A stretch of 64,000 bases of DNA, taken from Planctomycetota bacterium (lineage in GTDB: Bacteria > Planctomycetota > UBA1135 > UBA2386). Each line of letters opens with the position of its first letter. Position 1 is the first letter of the stretch. A model generated the notes under the pieces. The model worked only from the letters and a program-made list of their open reading frames with translations, was not told the origin of the DNA and ran no database searches. Positions 22,644 to 32,856 of this stretch are shown piece after piece. The translations under genes and the position numbers were made by a program. The DNA lies in contig OZ245006.1 of assembly GCA_965223545.1 (NCBI GenBank), positions 1,120,001 to 1,184,000 of the forward strand, read 5' to 3'.

Positions 22644-22849
22644 GCGGATCGCCAGCGTGCCGTCACCGCCTGCCGCGCGCAACAGCACCACGCACGGGGA
22701 GGCACCCTGCCGACCGCGTTATTCTCATCACGGTGAACCACCCGAGTTTCCGAGGTTCGAATGAAGGGCTTGCATGCCCTGATCGTCAGGGGATGACTGC
22801 GCGAGGGACCACTCCCGGCCTTCTCATTCCAACTTCGTGGTGCCCCCCC

Positions 22850-25546
22850 TCAGTGGCCCGGCCCCAACAGCACGGCGTTGCCGAACAACACTCGCAGCCC
22901 CCCCTGCATGCCGCGAAAGTTGGGGTCGTCGGCGAACGCGATGACGTGGCCGCGGCCGTGCGGCTGGTGGACCAAGAACGCTTTCTGCGCCAGCTGCCGC
23001 GCGGTGTCGTCCCACGCCAAGCCGGAGACCACCAGCTCGTCTTTGGGGGCGTAGACCGCGACGTTGCGCCCCTGGTCGAGCTTGACCGGCGTGTAGATGT
23101 TGCGCGTGGTCACGATGGCCTGCGCCTCGCCGGAGTAGCCGGCGGCGAGCCAGTGCTCGTCGTCGAGGTGCAGGCGGACGATCGCGCCGGGAATGCGGTC
23201 CGGTGGCTCGGAGTCAGGCAAGACCGCCTTCTCGTAGTCGAAGGGCTGCGCGGCGGGCGCACCGCCCTCGGCGGGAGAGGCTTGCTCGGCACCGTCGCCC
23301 GTGTTGCGGGGCGCCGCCTTCTCGCCGGCGGCCGTCGGCTGGCGCTGCTCCTGCTTGGTGGCCAGCAGGGCCACCTTCTCCCCCGTCAACCAACGCGTCG
23401 CCTCACCCAACGCGACCAGCGTGCCGCCCGCCCGCACCCAGGCGCGCAGGCGGTCCGCCGCGCCGTCGAGCACGCCGCCATAGCCACCGCCGCTGGGGAT
23501 GACTAGCACGTCGTAGCGGTCGAGCTCGGCGCGGCTCAACCGGCGCGCGCGCAGCAGCGTCACCGGCTGCCCGATCTGCCGCTCGAGCGCGAATCGGCAC
23601 CACCCCGCCGAGTAGGAGCTGGTCGGGGAATCCCACAGCAGCGCGACGCGCGCCGCCGGCAGGTAGCGGACGTGGTTGCTGCCGAAGCCAACGCCATCCT
23701 CCACCCACGACGAATCGACGGCGACGAACTCGGCCGCCGAGTCCGCCGCCGCCTCGACCACCAGCTCGTGCAGGTCGTCCGGGTTGTGGGCAACCTTGAC
23801 CAGCAGGGTTCCCGCCGGATAGCGACGCCCGTCATGCGTGAACGGACGGTCGGTGCCGTGCACCCGCACTCCGGCACGCCAGAGCGCGGCGAGCGCACGC
23901 AGCGCCGCGTGGCTTCCCCACGGTACCAAGTAGGCCAGCTTGGCGACCGCCGGCGGCGGCGCCGACAGCGCGGGCGCATCCTCCTGCCGCCGCAAGTCGG
24001 CTGGCAGGACCTCGTGGGTCGTCCACGCCTCGACGCCCCACAGCAGCGGCAGCGACCAAGCGGTGACGTCGTAGATGTCGGTCGAGCGGCGCTGCCGCCG
24101 GCGCTGCTCGGCGCGCTCGACGAACGCCGCGTCCATCGGGGTGTGCCGCGACAAGAGCGCGTCGACGAGTCGGCGCGCCGGCTGTGCGCGGCGCACGACC
24201 CAGGTTCCCGCCGGCATCACCCGCGCCTGCGCCTCGTCGCGATCGATGCGTTTGACCGCCGCCAGCCGCAACGCAGCCGGCGCCGAGTGCACTTCCACTC
24301 CTTGCTGCATCAGCGATCGCACCAACTCGATCGTACGGCCGGGGTCGCGGCCGGGTGGCAACAGGTACGCCGACGGCCCGTCCGCCGGTGGCTGCGCGGC
24401 GCTCTGGCGGAACGCGAGGAAGCTGCGCAGCAGCCCCTGCCGCTCGCGCGCCGCGGTCTCGATGGTCGCCAGCGAAGCCACGAAGTGACGCCGCACGCTG
24501 TCGGCATAGGTCAGCGTGGTCTCGTCGTTGCGCCGCAACAGCAGGCCGCGCACCGAGGCCTGCTCGTAGGTCATGCCGATGCTGCCGTGGAACATCGGCC
24601 AGCCCTCGCCATAGCCGGGGTAGAACGCGTCGAACACCTCGCGGGTGAAGTAGTCGAACCGCATGGCGTCGAACCACCGCCCGTTGTTGCGGCCGAAGAC
24701 CTCGAGCCAGCGCCGCTGGTCCGCGGTGATCTCGGGGTTGATCGGGTCGGCCGGCGGCGGGAAGTAGTAGCTCGAGTCCCCTCCCATTTCGTGCAGGTCG
24801 ACGTAGACCAGCGGAAACCAGCGCAGGAACGCGCGCACGCGCGCCGCGGTCTCGGGTTGGGTCAACCCGATCCAGTCCCGGTTCATGTCGAACAGGTAGT
24901 GGTTGGTGCGCCCACCGGGCCACGGCTCGTCGTGCTCGGCCGCCTGCCCATCGGCGTCCGGCCACCGGCCCACCGTCTGGCGGAAGTGATGCACGAAGCG
25001 CTCCCGGCCATCCGGATTCTCGAGCGGGTCGATGATCACCAGCGCTTCGCGACGGGCCAGGTCCGCCACTTCTTCGTCCTGCGCCGCCGCCAGGTGATAG
25101 GCGGTCAACAGCGCCGCGTCGGTGCCGGAAATCTCGTTGCCGTGTACCGCGTAGGCAAGCCAGGTCACCGCCGGCAGAGTCTCGACGAGCGAGGCGGCCC
25201 GCTCGGCGGCGAGACCGCGCGGGTCAGCCAGCGCCTGCATGCCGGCACGCACCTCGGCCGCGTTCGCCAGTCGGTCCGGCGACCCGATGACGAGATAGTG
25301 CAGCGGCCGCCCCTGCCAACTCTCTCCGTAGCGATGAAACGCGACCCGCGGCGACGCTTCGGCGAGCGCGCGCGCATACGCGGTGGCCTCGTCGGGCGTG
25401 GTGATGCGCGTGCCGAAGTCGTGGCCGACGACATCGCGCAGCCTCGGCACCGCCGGGTCGTACGCCGCTCCGGGAAGCGGTTCGAACTCCTGACCAAAGA
25501 CGGCGCCTGCCAACAGCAGCGGCGCCACACGACCGAGCCCACGCAT
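22850..25546 (-). CDS. M14-family zinc carboxypeptidase with a C-terminal GATase-like domain
   Basis: HGNE, NPDGR, DMNRD and DLHEM; signal peptide. Confidence 0.9.
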   Translation of the reverse strand: MRGLGRVAPLLLAGAVFGQEFEPLPGAAYDPAVPRLRDVVGHDFGTRITTPDEATAYARALAEASPRVAFHRYGESWQGRPLHYLVIGSPDRLANAAEVRAGMQALADPRGLAAERAASLVETLPAVTWLAYAVHGNEISGTDAALLTAYHLAAAQDEEVADLARREALVIIDPLENPDGRERFVHHFRQTVGRWPDADGQAAEHDEPWPGGRTNHYLFDMNRDWIGLTQPETAARVRAFLRWFPLVYVDLHEMGGDSSYYFPPPADPINPEITADQRRWLEVFGRNNGRWFDAMRFDYFTREVFDAFYPGYGEGWPMFHGSIGMTYEQASVRGLLLRRNDETTLTYADSVRRHFVASLATIETAARERQGLLRSFLAFRQSAAQPPADGPSAYLLPPGRDPGRTIELVRSLMQQGVEVHSAPAALRLAAVKRIDRDEAQARVMPAGTWVVRRAQPARRLVDALLSRHTPMDAAFVERAEQRRRQRRSTDIYDVTAWSLPLLWGVEAWTTHEVLPADLRRQEDAPALSAPPPAVAKLAYLVPWGSHAALRALAALWRAGVRVHGTDRPFTHDGRRYPAGTLLVKVAHNPDDLHELVVEAAADSAAEFVAVDSSWVEDGVGFGSNHVRYLPAARVALLWDSPTSSYSAGWCRFALERQIGQPVTLLRARRLSRAELDRYDVLVIPSGGGYGGVLDGAADRLRAWVRAGGTLVALGEATRWLTGEKVALLATKQEQRQPTAAGEKAAPRNTGDGAEQASPAEGGAPAAQPFDYEKAVLPDSEPPDRIPGAIVRLHLDDEHWLAAGYSGEAQAIVTTRNIYTPVKLDQGRNVAVYAPKDELVVSGLAWDDTARQLAQKAFLVHQPHGRGHVIAFADDPNFRGMQGGLRVLFGNAVLLGPGH

Positions 25547-25599
25547 CGCGCCAGGCTACGGCGCAGCCGGGGCCGGGCCAAGCCGGGGGCCGCGAACGG

Positions 25600-26247
25600 T
25601 CAGCTCGGCAGCGACTGCAAGAACGCGTCGGCCTCGTCGATCGAGCGCTGCATTTCCTGGATCAGCTGCCCGACGTTGGACTCGATCTGCACGACCTGGT
25701 CCTGCAGCGAGCTGATCGCCTGGGCATTGAGGTTGTGCTTGAGGAACAAGACCTGGTCGTTGAACGCGGTCAGCACCGGAGCCATACGGGTCTCGGCCGC
25801 CCGCATCGCGCCGATCAACTGGTCGTAGCGCCGCTGCGTATCGGCGCGCAGCGCCTCGCTCTTGCGCTTCATCTCCGGCGAGCTGAACTGCTCGATCTCC
25901 TCGCCCCACTCCGAAAACATGTCACCCGCCACCGCCTCGATGCTGGCGATCCGTTGGGTGACGTCGTCCGCCGAATTCTTCGACCGGGTGTACTCCTTCG
26001 ACAGCGTCGTGTAGCGGCTCTCGAGCTCGCCACCCTCGAAGCCGGTGAGCGCCTTGAAGGCCTCGAACGTGGTCTGAAACTGCTCCTTGGCCTCGGTCTG
26101 GCTCTCGCGCGCATCCTCGACGCGGTCGACCAGAAGGTCGCGCTTGGCGAAGCCGAACGCCTCCATGGTGGAGTAATAGACGCTGTCGCAACCCGCCACG
26201 ACACAGGCGAGCAACGGCACGACGCAGCGAAGCGTGGACGTGTTCAT
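25600..26247 (-). CDS. DUF2959-family coiled-coil lipoprotein
   Basis: Lipobox [35 protein letters not shown] and SIDEADAF. Confidence 0.88.
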   Translation of the reverse strand: MNTSTLRCVVPLLACVVAGCDSVYYSTMEAFGFAKRDLLVDRVEDARESQTEAKEQFQTTFEAFKALTGFEGGELESRYTTLSKEYTRSKNSADDVTQRIASIEAVAGDMFSEWGEEIEQFSSPEMKRKSEALRADTQRRYDQLIGAMRAAETRMAPVLTAFNDQVLFLKHNLNAQAISSLQDQVVQIESNVGQLIQEMQRSIDEADAFLQSLPS

Positions 26248-26415
26248 GGCAGCAAAGAATGCCGATGGCGCGCGACGCGAACAAGCGCGCGCTCCGGTCT
26301 CCGGAAACCCCGGAGCGCCAATCCCGGAGAATTCCGGAAGGCCTTGCCCGCCGGCGTGCGCGATCCTGGACGGGTTGCAGTCCTTAGAGCGCGCGCCCAG
26401 CGCGCCGGAGCCCTC

Positions 26416-27117
26416 ATGTCCACCATGCCCCAGCGCCTCGGCGCAGAGTTCCTCGGCACCTTCTGGCTCGTCCTCGGCGGTTGCGGCAGCGCCGTGCTCG
26501 CCGCCGCGTTCCCCGACGTCGGCATCGGCTTGCTCGGCGTGTCCCTCGCGTTCGGCCTGACGGTGTTGACGATGGCGTACGCGATCGGCCACATCTCCGG
26601 CTGCCACCTCAACCCGGCGGTGTCCTTGGGGCTTTGCGTCGGCGGGCGGTTTCCGGCGCGCGAGCTGCTGCCGTACACCGTCGCGCAGCTCGCCGGTGCC
26701 GCCGCCGCGGCGGCCGTCCTCTACGTCATCGCCAGCGGCAAGGCCGGCTTCGAACTCGGCGGCTTCGCCGCCAACGGTTACGACGGGCACAGCCCCGGCG
26801 GCTACGCGCTGGTGGCGTGTTTCGTCGCCGAGGCGGTGCTGACCTTCGTGTTCTTGTTCGTCATCCTCGGCAGCACCGACCGCCGCGCGCCCGCGGGCTT
26901 GGCGCCAATCGCGATCGGCCTGTGCCTCACGCTGATCCACTTGGTCAGCATCCCGGTGACCAACACCTCGGTGAACCCGGCGCGCTCGACCTCGCAAGCG
27001 CTGTTCGTGGGCGACTGGGCGCTGTCTCAGCTGTGGCTGTTCTGGGTCGCGCCGCTCGCCGGTGCCGCTGTCGCCGGCATCGTCTACCCGCTGGTCGCCG
27101 GCAGGGACGAGGGCTGA
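26416..27117 (+). CDS. aqpZ: Aquaporin Z
   Basis: [26 protein letters not shown] and NTSVNPARS (two NPA motifs); GGAG RBS. Confidence 0.96.
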   Translation: MSTMPQRLGAEFLGTFWLVLGGCGSAVLAAAFPDVGIGLLGVSLAFGLTVLTMAYAIGHISGCHLNPAVSLGLCVGGRFPARELLPYTVAQLAGAAAAAAVLYVIASGKAGFELGGFAANGYDGHSPGGYALVACFVAEAVLTFVFLFVILGSTDRRAPAGLAPIAIGLCLTLIHLVSIPVTNTSVNPARSTSQALFVGDWALSQLWLFWVAPLAGAAVAGIVYPLVAGRDEG

Positions 27118-27148
27118 GCCCGCCGCGGACGCGCGGACGGAACCGACC

Positions 27149-28135
27149 TCACCGCACGGCGGCCTCGCGCAGACGCAGCTGCGCCGGCCCGCCGGCATCG
27201 CGACAGTCCAGGCGGGCGCCGGCGCCGAACGGCAGCGTCCAAGAGCGCGGGCGATGCCCGAACGGGAAGCCATAGGCGACCGGGATGCCGAGATCGGCGG
27301 TGCGCTCGTGCAGCACGGCGGTGATCGCCGGGTCCTCGCTGGCGAGCGGTCGCCCCTCGGTGTGGAAGTCGCCGAAGATCACGCCGGCGGCGCGCTGCAG
27401 GAAGCCGCCCAGCCGCAGCTGGGTCAGCATTCGGTCGACGCGGTACGGAGCCTCGTCGACGTCTTCCAAGAACAGCAGCGCGCCGCGGGTCTCGATCTGC
27501 CACCGGCTGCCGAGCAGCGCGGTGACCAGCGTCAAGTTGCCGCCGACCAACCGCCCCTCCGCCGTGCCCGGCGTGATCGCGTGCGGCACGTGCTCGCCGT
27601 CCGCCGGCAAGGGCACCGGCGCCGCGCGGCCGAGCAACGTGCGCTGCAAAGTCTCGAAAGCGCCACTCGGCGCCAGCTCCTCGCCGTGCGCCACCATCGG
27701 CCCGTGCAGACCGACCAGCCCGACCTCGCGCCACACGGCCGCCAGCAGCGCGGTCAGGTCACTGAAGCCGACGATGGGCTTGGGATCCCGGGCGAGGCCC
27801 TCGAACTCCAGCCGCTCGAGAATGCGCATGCAGCCGTAGCCACCGCGGGTCGCGAAGATGCCGCGGATCTCCGGGTCGTCGATCGCAGCCTGTAGATCGG
27901 CCGCCCGCGCCTCGTCGGTGCCGCCGAGATAGTCGCGCTGGTCGCGCGCGTGTGGCATCAACACCGGCTCGAGCCGCCAGCTCTTCAGCCGCGCCAAACC
28001 GCGCCGCAAACCCTCGGCGTCGCGCACTGGGCCGGCGGGAGAGAGCACGGCGACGCGGTCCCCCAGCCGCAGTGCCGGTGCGCGCCGCACCCGCCGCTGC
28101 GGCGACTCGATGGAATCTGGAACGGAAGCCGGCAT
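27149..28135 (-). CDS. ldcA: LD-carboxypeptidase (S66, LdcA/MccF family)
   Basis: RGGYG, GFSD, HGP, GGNL, LEDVDE and FGH. Confidence 0.9.
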   Translation of the reverse strand: MPASVPDSIESPQRRVRRAPALRLGDRVAVLSPAGPVRDAEGLRRGLARLKSWRLEPVLMPHARDQRDYLGGTDEARAADLQAAIDDPEIRGIFATRGGYGCMRILERLEFEGLARDPKPIVGFSDLTALLAAVWREVGLVGLHGPMVAHGEELAPSGAFETLQRTLLGRAAPVPLPADGEHVPHAITPGTAEGRLVGGNLTLVTALLGSRWQIETRGALLFLEDVDEAPYRVDRMLTQLRLGGFLQRAAGVIFGDFHTEGRPLASEDPAITAVLHERTADLGIPVAYGFPFGHRPRSWTLPFGAGARLDCRDAGGPAQLRLREAAVR

Positions 28136-28147
28136 CGCCCGCCGACG

Positions 28148-29071
28148 TTACCCGTTGGCCGGCACGGGATCGACGCGCGCCAGCCGCGCGTAGAGCGCGG
28201 TGAGCCGTGCGGCCGCGGCACGGTGGCGCGCCGCGCGCCCCGCCGGGGGAAGCTGATGGCGCAGATCGCGCGCCCGCCACAAATGGTACACCGCGCGCTC
28301 CAGCGCTCCCTCGTGCTCGGCGATCGCGGCCATCTCCCAGTGCGCCTCGCCGTGGTCGGGGTCGAGCAGCAGCAGCTCGCCGAGCAGCGCCCGCGCCTCG
28401 TCCAGCGCGCCGGCATCGACCTCCAAGCGCGCCAGCTCGAGCAGCGCCGGCGCCCGGCCAGCGGCGCGCTGCCGCGCCATCGTCAGCGCCGCGCGGGCGC
28501 CCTCGAGGTCACCGCCGGCCCGCAGCGCCCGCCCGAGCAGCAGCTGCGCCGCGGCGTCGCCCGGCACCCGCGCCACCGCCTGCCGCAACAACCGCACGGC
28601 GGCCTCACGCCGTCCCGCCCGCAGCCAATGGGCGGCCAACGCGGTGCGCGGCTCTGCCAACTCGGGGCGCGCCTCGATCAACGCCCGCAGCCGCGCCTCG
28701 GCACCGGCCGGATCGTCAGCGACGTCGGCCGCCGCGCGGTTGATGGCGGCGCGCACGTGGCCCGGGCGCCGCGAGAGCAGCGCGTCGTAGTGGCGCGTCG
28801 CCTCGGTGCGGAGCGCGGCCGCACGCGGCCCGGACTCCAGCTCGGCGGCGCGCTGCTCGAGCGCCACCGCGAGGTTGAACTGCGCGTTGTCGTCGGCGGG
28901 ATCGTCCGCCAGCGCGGTGCGATACTCGGCGACGGCCGCTTCGAGCTCCCCGCCGGCGTGGTGATAGACGCCGCGGTTGAACGCGGTGCGCACCGGGGTG
29001 ATGCCGGGGCCGCCGCCGAAACAACCAGCCGCGGCGAGCACACCGGCGACGACGAACACCCTAACGCCCAC
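28148..29071 (-). CDS. TPR-repeat lipoprotein
   Basis: Lipobox AAGC; TPR motifs (A-x-FNLA, DPDHGEAH). Confidence 0.8.
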   Translation of the reverse strand: MGVRVFVVAGVLAAAGCFGGGPGITPVRTAFNRGVYHHAGGELEAAVAEYRTALADDPADDNAQFNLAVALEQRAAELESGPRAAALRTEATRHYDALLSRRPGHVRAAINRAAADVADDPAGAEARLRALIEARPELAEPRTALAAHWLRAGRREAAVRLLRQAVARVPGDAAAQLLLGRALRAGGDLEGARAALTMARQRAAGRAPALLELARLEVDAGALDEARALLGELLLLDPDHGEAHWEMAAIAEHEGALERAVYHLWRARDLRHQLPPAGRAARHRAAAARLTALYARLARVDPVPANG

Positions 29072-30230
29072 GGCGCTCCTCTCGCTGACCGAACGGCGCG
29101 GCCCGCCCTTCGTTCCACAGCGGACTGAAGTCGCCGACCGGCGCCTCGAGATCGGGCTCGTCGTCGCCGAACAGCAGCACGGACGGATCCGCGCGCATCT
29201 TGCGCAGCGCCATCTCCGCCTGCCACACCGCCCGGCGCAGGCGACGCACGGTCTCCGCCACTTCGCCCCGGTTGTCGGCGATCACACCGCCGGCGCCGCG
29301 CAACATCCCGGTGGCGTCGCCGAGCACGGTGCGCAGGTCGGTCTCCAGCGCCGCCAGCCGCGCATCAGCGTCCCGGGTGGCAGCCACCAACTCCGCCAAG
29401 ACGTCACGGACACCGGGGCGCACGTCGCCGACCAGCGCGCTGCTCTCGTCGAGCAGCTGCTCGGCGCGCGGCAGGGTCTCGTCGAGCACGCGGCCGCGCA
29501 GCGCGGTGATGGCCTCGTCCAGGTTCCGCACCATGGCTTGCGCCGGTTGCAGGATGCGCTGGTCGACGCCGGTCGCCGCGCCGGCGTCCAACAGGCGTCG
29601 CGCGTCGGCCAGCCCGGCGCCCAGGGTCTCCAGGACGGCGCGCACCCGGCCGAGGCCGTCCGGCCCCAGCAGGTCGTCGTTGATGGTGCTGACGACCGCG
29701 TCGATCCCGCGCAGGATCGGCACCGTGGCATCGACGACCGCGTCCCAACCGGCGACGGGTCGAGCCCGCAACTCGACGGGGGCCGCCGCCAGCTGCTCGC
29801 CGGCGGTGGGCGCGGGAGCGTCGGCTGGCCACGTGCCGGGATCGAGCACCAGGTAGTGGCGGCCCAAGAACCCGTCCTGGCCCAAGCCGACACTCGCGCG
29901 CTCCACCGCCAGCCGCAGATCGAGGGCGTCGAGCGAGAACGAGACCTCGACCAGATGCCCGTGCCGCGGCGTCGGGCTCGCCGGGTCGACCTCGCGCGCT
30001 ACGAGGCGCAGCTCGCGCACCGTGCCGACGCGGCGGCCGGCGACGGTGACCTTGGCGCCGGCGTCCAGCGTCTTGACGTCCGAGAAGTGCGCGTGGCACA
30101 AGAGCTCGCTGCCGCGCGCGGCGGCGAACAGGTCCAGATCACCGACGCGGAAGGCAAACAGCGCGAACAGCGCGACGGCCGCCAGGACGAACAGGCCGGA
30201 GACGATCTCGTTGCGCCGGTAGCTCGCCAT
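29061..30230 (-). CDS. mlaD: MlaD/MCE-family protein with a long helical extension
   Basis: N-terminal TM (EIVSGLFV), GAKVTVAGRRVGTV, DGFLG-x-x-YL and a C-terminal DPSVLLFG. Confidence 0.85.
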   Translation of the reverse strand: MASYRRNEIVSGLFVLAAVALFALFAFRVGDLDLFAAARGSELLCHAHFSDVKTLDAGAKVTVAGRRVGTVRELRLVAREVDPASPTPRHGHLVEVSFSLDALDLRLAVERASVGLGQDGFLGRHYLVLDPGTWPADAPAPTAGEQLAAAPVELRARPVAGWDAVVDATVPILRGIDAVVSTINDDLLGPDGLGRVRAVLETLGAGLADARRLLDAGAATGVDQRILQPAQAMVRNLDEAITALRGRVLDETLPRAEQLLDESSALVGDVRPGVRDVLAELVAATRDADARLAALETDLRTVLGDATGMLRGAGGVIADNRGEVAETVRRLRRAVWQAEMALRKMRADPSVLLFGDDEPDLEAPVGDFSPLWNEGRAAPFGQREERRGR

Positions 30231-30235
30231 CTCGT

Positions 30236-31051
30236 CTACATCAACAGGTCGCGCAGGTAGTCGCGTTCGCTGGTGGCACCGCGCTGCGGGCCCTCGAGGG
30301 CACCGGTGCGAAACTGCCGCACGCGCGGATCGTCACTCGAGCGCAGGGTGTCGAGATCGCCGTCCAGGATCACCTGTCCGCGGTCCAGCATCACGACATG
30401 ATCGGCGATGCGCTCGACGCTTTCCATCACGTGGGTGACCACGCAGCTGGTGATGCCCATGGTCGTCTTCAGCTCGTTGATCAAGTGATCGATCCGCGTC
30501 GTCGCGATCGGGTCTAAGCCGGCGGAGGGCTCGTCGTAGAACAGGATGCGCGGATCGAGCGCCAGGGCGCGCGCCACCGCCGCGCGTTTCTGCATGCCGC
30601 CCGACAGCTCGCTCGGCAGCCGGTCGGCGGCGTGCAGCAGGTCGACCTGGTGCAGCTTGATCTTCACCATCGTGTCGATGGTGTCCGCGTCGAGGTCGGT
30701 GTGGTAGCGCAGCGGCAGCGCCACGTTTTGGGCGACGGTGAGCGAGTTGAGCAGCGCGCCGCTCTGGAACATCACGCCGAACTGCCGGCGGATCCGGTCG
30801 GCGTGCCGCCCCCGTGCCGCGCCGAGATCGTCGCCGAGGATCACGACCTGGCCCGCACTGGCCGGCTCGGCGCCGATCATCACTTTCAGCAGGGTCGACT
30901 TGCCGCCCCCCGAGCCACCGAGAATGCACAGCGTCTCGCCCCGCCGCACCGAGAACGACACGCCGCGCAGTACCTCGACCGCGCCGTAGCGCTTCTCGAC
31001 GGCGCGCACCTCGACCGCCACTGCGCCGTCGTCGGTGCCGACTCCCGTCAT
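30236..31051 (-). CDS. mlaF: MlaF-family ABC ATPase
   Basis: GGSGGGKST, FQSGALLNSL, LSGGMQKR and YDEPSAGLDP. Confidence 0.92.
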   Translation of the reverse strand: MTGVGTDDGAVAVEVRAVEKRYGAVEVLRGVSFSVRRGETLCILGGSGGGKSTLLKVMIGAEPASAGQVVILGDDLGAARGRHADRIRRQFGVMFQSGALLNSLTVAQNVALPLRYHTDLDADTIDTMVKIKLHQVDLLHAADRLPSELSGGMQKRAAVARALALDPRILFYDEPSAGLDPIATTRIDHLINELKTTMGITSCVVTHVMESVERIADHVVMLDRGQVILDGDLDTLRSSDDPRVRQFRTGALEGPQRGATSERDYLRDLLM

Positions 31052-31857
31052 GACAGCAGGTAGTTGACCGAGAACGCGGTCAGCACGGCGTCGGCGACGA
31101 CGACCACCACCAGCCCGGTGACGACGGCGACCATGGTATAGCGGCCGAGTCCGGTGGGCCCGCCCTCGGCGATCAGGCCGAAGTAGCAGGAGACGACGCT
31201 GATCAACACGGCGAACACCGTGGCCTTCAACAGGCCGCTCCACAGGTCGGCCAGGCCGAGGTACTGGAACGTGTTCTCGGCGTAGTAGGACAGCGGCAGG
31301 TCGTACACCGCGTCGGCGACGACCGCGCCGCCGAGGATACCCATCAGATAGGCGATCACCGTCAGACACGGCAGCATCACCAGCAGCGCCAAGAAGCGCG
31401 GCGCGACCAGGTAGCCGGACGGCGGAATCGCCATCGTCTCCAGCGCCAGCACCTCTTCGTTCAGCTTCATCGAGGCCAACACCGCCGTGAACGAAGCGCC
31501 GATCCGCGCGGTCATCACCACCGCGGTCATCAGCGGACCCAGCTCGCGCACCACCGCCAGCGCGACCAGCCCGGGCGCTTCGTGGATCTGGCCGTAGCGC
31601 TGCATCACGTCGCCGGTCTGCAACACCATGATGGCGCCGACCAGGAAGTTCACCAGCGCGACGATCGGCAGCGAACGCGCGCCGACGTTGCAGAGCAAAG
31701 GCGGCAGCTGGTCGCGCAGCGCGCCGGCGCCGCGCAGCGGTGCCACGGTCGAGTGGTACAGCGCCGCGCCGAACACGTGCGCCATGCCGGAGGCGTGCTC
31801 GAGCGGCCGCCGCACCGCGGCGTGCACGAGCCCCTCGCGCGCCGGCACCGCCGTCAC
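31048..31857 (-). CDS. mlaE: MlaE-family ABC permease
   Basis: RELGPLMTA, RIGA, MKLNEEV-x-ALE and LVAPR. Confidence 0.92.
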   Translation of the reverse strand: MTAVPAREGLVHAAVRRPLEHASGMAHVFGAALYHSTVAPLRGAGALRDQLPPLLCNVGARSLPIVALVNFLVGAIMVLQTGDVMQRYGQIHEAPGLVALAVVRELGPLMTAVVMTARIGASFTAVLASMKLNEEVLALETMAIPPSGYLVAPRFLALLVMLPCLTVIAYLMGILGGAVVADAVYDLPLSYYAENTFQYLGLADLWSGLLKATVFAVLISVVSCYFGLIAEGGPTGLGRYTMVAVVTGLVVVVVADAVLTAFSVNYLLS

Positions 31858-32174
31858 CGCTTCTGACCGTCCCGCTCGATGACGAACAGCGGCTGCAGCT
31901 GCGCCAGCTCCAGCACCGAGTCGACGCGCGCGCTGGGATTGCGCAGCACGAAGCGCGCGCCCTGGCGCCCGGCCTGCTTGAGGCCCTGGATCAGCACCGC
32001 GACGCCGGACGAGTCGATGTAGCGCACGCCCTGCAGGTCGACGGCCACCGAAGCGCCGGCGCGCAGCGCGCCGCGGATCGCCTGCAGCAGCCGCGGCGAG
32101 GCGTCGAGATCGACGTCTCCGCGCACCACCAAGCGCTGCTCGCCCGGGCCGGGCTCGACCTGCTCGAGCTCCAT
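31854..32174 (-). CDS. STAS-domain protein (anti-sigma-factor antagonist/MlaB-like)
   Basis: GDVDL and VDLQGVRYIDSSG, with the conserved phosphoacceptor Ser. Confidence 0.9.
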   Translation of the reverse strand: MELEQVEPGPGEQRLVVRGDVDLDASPRLLQAIRGALRAGASVAVDLQGVRYIDSSGVAVLIQGLKQAGRQGARFVLRNPSARVDSVLELAQLQPLFVIERDGQKR

Positions 32175-32584
32175 CAAGATTCCTCGTGCTCCATGACCAA
32201 CGCCAGCCCGCCCTCCGACTCCGGGTCCGGCTCGTAGCCGACGCGCTGCATGATCTGCGCGATGAACGACGTGCCGAGCCCGCCGGGGCGGACCTCGGCC
32301 AGCGGCCGCGGCTTGATCTGGTCGACGTCCTTGGCCGCACAGAATCCGCCGATGCGACACACGGTCCGCTGCCCGTCGATGCGCAGCGAGACCCGCAGCT
32401 GGCCGTCGTCGATGGAGGGACAGCGGTGCTTGACCACGTTGCTGCAGGCCTCGTCGAGGGCCAACACGATGCGCTCCGGCTCGGCGCGGCCCTCGGCGCG
32501 CAGCACGTTCTCGAAGAAGGCCCGCAGACAGCGCAGGCTGGCCGGGGTGACAGGAGCGGAGGCCGCGTAGGTCCGGGCAGACAT
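32174..32584 (-). CDS. RsbW/SpoIIAB-like Ser kinase/anti-sigma factor (HATPase_c_2)
   Basis: LALDEACSNVVKH (N box) and RPGGLG-x-x-FI-x-x-IM (G2 box). The G1 box (DxG) looks degenerate. Confidence 0.85.
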   Translation of the reverse strand: MSARTYAASAPVTPASLRCLRAFFENVLRAEGRAEPERIVLALDEACSNVVKHRCPSIDDGQLRVSLRIDGQRTVCRIGGFCAAKDVDQIKPRPLAEVRPGGLGTSFIAQIMQRVGYEPDPESEGGLALVMEHEES

Positions 32585-32856
32585 CGGCAGCCGGCCAGTA
32601 TGGACCGCGCCGGGCCAAACTACAGCCCTCGTCCGGTTGGGGCCGCGCAGCGCGCCGCCGCGGTGCGACGGGAGCTGCGGGACCGAACCGGCAGAGGATG
32701 CAGCCGCCGGCCGCCGCGGGCCGAAAGAACCTCTGGGCCGCCGGGTTTACGGCAATCCAACGGCGCGTACCGTCCATCCCGATCCAAACCCAGCAAGAGA
32801 CCTGCGCCGAAGACGCCGCGGACGGCTCCCCCGGCTTGCAAACGCACACCTCGAAC

